Shown: one piece after another, positions 59,590-64,000 of the stretch
Numbering within the stretch: position 1 is the first letter of the stretch
Layout: the number at the start of each line of letters is the position of its first letter
NCBI RefSeq assembly: GCF_048771995.1
Contig: NC_133041.1
Location: forward strand, 4,599,324-4,663,323
From: Taeniopygia guttata
Lineage: Eukaryota
Length of the DNA stretch: 64,000 nt
Direction of reading: 5' to 3'
Position numbers and translations under genes: made by a program
Notes under the pieces: model-generated
The model's input: the letters and a program-made list of their open reading frames with translations, nothing else
What the model was told of the DNA's origin: nothing
Database searches by the model: none

Positions 59590-61929
59590 GGTGTGCCCAG
59601 GTGTGTCCAGGTGTGACCTCAGTGTACCTGGAGCACCTGAAGGATCCAAACCCTGAACGGGGGCTCACCTGGAGCTCACCTGGCTGTGATTTCGATGGGA
59701 TTTTTGGGGTTTTTTTGGACTTTTTTGGGTTTTTTGGGGTTTCTTGGGGTTTTTTTGGCATTTTAATCCCTCACCTGCCCACAAGGTGTGCCCAAGTGTG
59801 CCCAGGTGTGCCCAGGTGAATCCTCAGAACTCCTGGAGCACCTGAAGGATCCAAATCCTGAGCTGGAGCTCACCTGGCTGGGATTTTGATGTGGTTTTTT
59901 GGGGGTTTTTTGGGTTTTTTGGTGTTTTTTGGGTTTTTAAAGTCTCACCTGCCCACCAGGTGTGCCCAGGTGTGACCTCAGTGTACCTGGAGCACCTGAA
60001 GGATCCAAACCCTGAACTGAGACTCACCTGGAGCTCACCTGGGGCTCACCTGGATGGATTTTGGAGGATTTTTGGGGTATTTTTGGGCTTTTTTGACATT
60101 TTAATCCCTCACCTGCCCACAAGGTGTGCCCACAAGGTGTGCCCAGGTGTGCCCAGGTGAATCCTCAGAACTCCTGGAGCACCTGAAGGAGCTGGAGCCT
60201 CACCTGGGGCTCACCTGGAGCTCACCTGGCTGGGGATTTTGGGGATTTTTTGGAGTATTTTGTGGGTTTTTTGGGTTTTTAGGTCTCACCTGCCCAACAG
60301 GTGTGCTCAGGTGAGTCCTCAGAACACCTGGAGCCTCACCTGGGGCTCACCTGGCTGGGTTTTTTGGGGATTTTTTGGGCTTTTTTTGGTTTTTTTGGTG
60401 TTTTTTTGGCATTTTAATCCCTCACCTGCCCACCAGGTGTGCCCAGCTGTGCCCAGGTGAGTCCTCAGAACACCTGGAGCACCTGAAGGAGGTGGAGCCT
60501 CACCTGGAGCTCACCTGGCTGGGATTTCGATGTGGTTTTTGGCTTTTTTTTTGTCCTTTTTTTGGTTTTTTTTTTGGTTTTTTTTCTTTTTTCGCTATTT
60601 GCCCCCTCACCTGCCCGCCAGGTAACCCAGGTGTGTCCTTTCAGAGTACGTGGAGCACCTGAAGGATCCAAACCCTGAACTGGGGCTCACCTGGCTGGGA
60701 TTTCAATGGGATTTTTGGGGTTTTTTTGGGTTTTTTGGTATTTTCAGCCTCACCTGCCCGCCAGGTGACCCCGCCAGGTAACCCAGGTGTGTCTTTGCAG
60801 AGTACGTGGAGCACCTGAAGGAGCCGGAGCCTCACCTGGAGCTCACCTGGCTGTAATTTTGATGTGGTTTTTGGCGCTTTTTTGTCCTTTTTTTGGATTT
60901 TTTTTTTGCATTTTCCGCTATTTCCCCCTCACCTGCCCGCCAGGTAACCCAGGTGTGCCTTCACAGAGTACGTGGAGCACCTGAAGGAGCTGGAGCCTCA
61001 CCTGGGGCTCATCTGAGGCTCATCTGGAGCTCACCTGGCTGGGATTTCAATGTGATTTTTTGGGGTATTTTTGGGGATTTTTGGTGTTTTTTGGGTTTTG
61101 AAGGTCTCACCCCTCAGCCAGGTGTGTCCAGGTGAGTCCTCAGAACAATTGGAGAACCTGAAGGAGCCGGAGCCTCACCTGGCTGGGATTTTGGGGATTT
61201 CTTGGTGTATTTTTGGCCTTTTTTTGTCCTTTTTTTGGGTTTTTTTGGGGTTTTTTTTGCCACTTCCCCCCTCACCTGCCTGCCAGGTGTGCTCAGGTGT
61301 GCCCAGGTGTGACCAGGTGTGACTTCAGTGTACCTGGAGCACCTGAAGGATCCAAACCCTGAACTGAGACTCACCTGGAGCTCACCTGGAGCTCACCTGG
61401 AGCTCACCTGGGGCTCACCTGGGGCTCACCTGGCTACGATTTTGGGGTTTTTTGGGCTTTTTTAATCATTTTTTTGGATTTTTTTCCTTTTTTCACTACT
61501 TCCACCCTCACCTGCCCGCCAGGTAACCCACCAGGTAACCCAGGTGTGTCTTTCAGAGTACGTGGAGCACCTGAAGGATCCAAACCCTGAACTGGGGCTC
61601 ACCTGGAGCTCACCTGGCTGCGATTTTGGGGATTTCTTGGTGTATTTTTGGCTTTTTTTTGTCCTTTTTTTGGGTTTTTTTTCCTTTTTTCGCTATTTCC
61701 TCCCTCACCTGCCCGCCAGGTGAGCTCAGCTGTGCCCAGGTGTGTCCAGGTGAGTCCTGAGAACACCTGGAGCACCTGAAGGATCCAAACCCTGAACTGG
61801 AGCTCACCTCGCTATGATTTCTATGTGATTTTTCGGGGTTTTTTAGGTTTTTTGGGCGTTTTTTTGGCATTTTCACCTTTACCTGCCCGCCAGGTGACCC
61901 CGCCAGGTAACCCAGGTGTCTCTTCCCAG
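59590..61929 (+). other. About 12 upstream partial copies of the EIF3C exon 15 acceptor plus first ~22 nt, in a ~150-190-bp tandem array
   Basis: The motif (t)ttcag|agtacgtggagcacctgaag and the variants cag|aacacctggagcacctgaag and cag|tgtacctggagcacctgaag occur at about 59609, 59828, 59972, 60166, 60466, 60644, 60800, 60965, 61140, 61325, 61548 and 61757. Each is followed by gatccaaaccctgaactgg..ctcacctgg rather than the exon body. Confidence 0.85.
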
Positions 61930-62096
61930 AGTACGTGGAGCACCTGAAGGACGAGGCGCGGGTGTGCGGCATCATCGGGCGGCTGCAGCGCTACCTGCAG
62001 GCCAAGGGCAGCCCCGAGGAGCTGTGCCGGGTGTACCTGCTGCGCGTCCTCCACACCTACTACAAGTTCGACTACGCCGCCGCCCGCCGCCGCCAG
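61930..62096 (+). CDS. EIF3C: EIF3C exon 15
   Basis: It encodes (E)[55 protein letters not shown], matching human [55 protein letters not shown]. Confidence 0.9.
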
Positions 62097-62186
62097 GTGC
62101 GGCCCCGCCCGCAGGTGAGCCCCGGCCCGCAGGTGAGCCCCGGCCCGCAGGTGAGCCCCGGCCCGCAGGTGAGCCCTGACCCGCAG
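62097..62186 (+). repeat. An intron (or exitron) built from 5 tandem 18-bp units, each starting GT and ending AG, that stays in frame with the flanking exons
   Basis: The units are gtgcggccccgcccgcag once, gtgagccccggcccgcag three times and gtgagccctgacccgcag once. The ORF track reads straight through them as [30 protein letters not shown]. Confidence 0.85.
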
Positions 62187-62275
62187 GAGAAGGAGAAGGA
62201 GGATGAGGAGAAGGAGAAGCAGGAGGAGGAGGAGGAGGAGGAGGATTCGGAGGCGTTGATGGAGAGGTTGTGCAG
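62187..62275 (+). CDS. EIF3C: EIF3C exon 16 (the gene continues beyond the window end)
   Basis: It encodes [29 protein letters not shown](R/K), matching human ..[22 protein letters not shown]. The donor is AG|GTGAGT at 62276. Confidence 0.85.
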
Positions 62276-64000
62276 GTGAGTGGGGCACACCTGGGCACAC
62301 CTGGAGGGCATCAAGACACACCTGGATACACCTGGGTGGGGTCAGGGCACATCTGGGTGGGGTCAGGGCACACCTGGGTACACCTGGGTACACCTGGAGG
62401 TGTTAAAGACACACCTGGATTGGCTTAGAGAACACCTGGATACACCTGGAGGGGGTAAAGACACACCTGGGTGGGGTAAAGGCACTCCTGGACACACCTG
62501 GAGAGGGTCAGGGCACACCTGAGTACTCCTGGGTTGGGTCAGGGCACACCTGGGTGGGGTCAGGGCACACCTGGGTGGGGTCAGGGCACACCTGGGTGGG
62601 GTCAGGGCACACCTGGATACACCTGGAGGGCATAAAGACACACCTGGATTGGCTTAGGGCACACTTGGAGGGAGTCAGGGCACACCTGGAGGGGGTAAAG
62701 ACACACCTGGGTACACCTGGGTGGGGTGGGGGCACACCTGGGTGGGGTTGGGGCACACCTGGATATACCTGGATACACCTGGGTGGGGTTTGGGCACACC
62801 TGGGTGGGGTAAAGACACACCTGGGCACACATGGATACACCTGGGAGGGCTCAGGGCACACCTGGGTGGAGTCAGGGCACACCTGGGTTGGGTTAGGGAA
62901 CACCTGGATACACCTGGAGGGGGTAAAGACACACCTGGACACACCTGGATACACCTGGAGGGCATAAAGACACACCTGGATACACCTGGGTGGGGTTGGG
63001 GCACACCTGGAGGGGGGAAAGACACACCTGGATACACCTGGAGGGGGTCCAGGCACACCTGGGCACACCTGGATACACCTGGAGGGGGTAAAGACACACC
63101 TGGGTACACCTGGAGGGGGTCAGGGCACACTTGGATACACCTGGGTGGGGTCAGGGCACACCTGGGTACACCTGGGTGGAGTAAACGCACACCTGGGCAC
63201 ACCTGGGTACACCTGGGTAGAGCAAACGCACACCTGGACACACCTGGATACACCTGGAGGGGGTCCAGGCACACCTGGGCACACCTGGGTACACCTGGAT
63301 ACACCTGGGTGGGGTCAGGGCACACCTGGAGGAGGTGGGGATGCACCTGGGTACACCTGGATACACCTGGATGGGGTTGAGGCACACCTGGGTACACCTG
63401 GAGGGGGTCAGGGCACACCTGGATACACCTGGAGGGGGTCAGGGAACACCTGGAGGGGGTAAAGATACACCTGGGCACACCTGGGTACACCTGGAGGGGG
63501 TCAGGGCATACCTGGATACACCTGGAGGGGGTCGGGGCACACCTGGACACACCTGGATACACCTGGGTGGGGTCAGAGCACACCTGGGCACACCTGGAGG
63601 GGGTCGGGGCACACCTGGACACACCTGGATACACCTGGGTGGGGTCAGAGCACACCTGGGCACACCTGGAGGGGGTCAGGGCACACCTGGGCACACCTGC
63701 AGGGAGACGAGACACACCTGGAGGGGGTCAGGGCACACCTGGACACACCTGGATACACCTGGAGGGGGTCCGGGCACACCTGGGCACACCTGGATACACC
63801 TGGGTGGGGTCAGGGCACACCTGGAGGAGGTGGGGATGCACCTGGGTACACCTGGGTGGGGTTGGGGCACACCTGGGTACACCTGGAGGGCATAAAGACA
63901 CACCTGGATTGGCTTAGGGCACACTTGGAGGGAGTCAGGGCACACCTGGGCACACCTGGAGGAGGTGGGGATGCACCTGGGCACACCTGGATGGGGTCAG
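62276..64000. repeat. ~30-bp satellite (cacacctgggtggggtcagggcacacctgga..) in EIF3C intron 16; it runs to the window end
   Basis: It is rich in CACCTG/CAGGTG E-box motifs, and its many ORFs are artefacts. Confidence 0.9.

Noticed and set aside
1-64000. CRISPR arrays, prokaryotic operons and tRNA or rRNA genes
   Set aside because: The repeats here are eukaryotic satellites without unique spacers. The genes are spliced vertebrate genes, and no tRNA-like cloverleaf or rDNA-like segment was seen.

Overview
This window is a eukaryotic, probably avian or reptilian, GC-rich gene-dense segment in which nearly every intron and intergenic spacer is filled with its own private tandem-repeat (satellite) family. 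The six-frame ORF track is dominated by artefactual low-complexity ORFs from these satellites, but five conserved genes can be read from short non-repetitive islands, and all are orthologues of human 16p11.2 genes. They are VKORC1 (minus; 3 exons, 2400-6329), PAGR1 (plus; 3 coding exons, 9231-14336), HIRIP3 (minus; 3 conserved 3' exons plus a possible greatly expanded acidic repeat exon, 18437-27137), INO80E (plus; 7 exons, 27902-33110) and EIF3C (plus; coding exons 2-16 of a gene that continues past the window end, 38390-62275). VKORC1/PAGR1 and HIRIP3/INO80E each sit head-to-head around a CpG-island promoter. The most unusual feature is that many satellite arrays abut an exon and their repeat unit spans the exon-intron junction. 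This leaves roughly 60 partial exon copies with intact splice signals: 3' exon ends are copied downstream and 5' exon ends upstream, across PAGR1, INO80E, EIF3C and VKORC1. Other notable points are an EIF3C intron built from five in-frame 18-bp GT..AG units, an array of 11 CCAAT boxes in the HIRIP3/INO80E promoter, a YY1-core/E-box satellite inside INO80E, GC-box satellites, and a likely homopolymer frameshift at the PAGR1 start.
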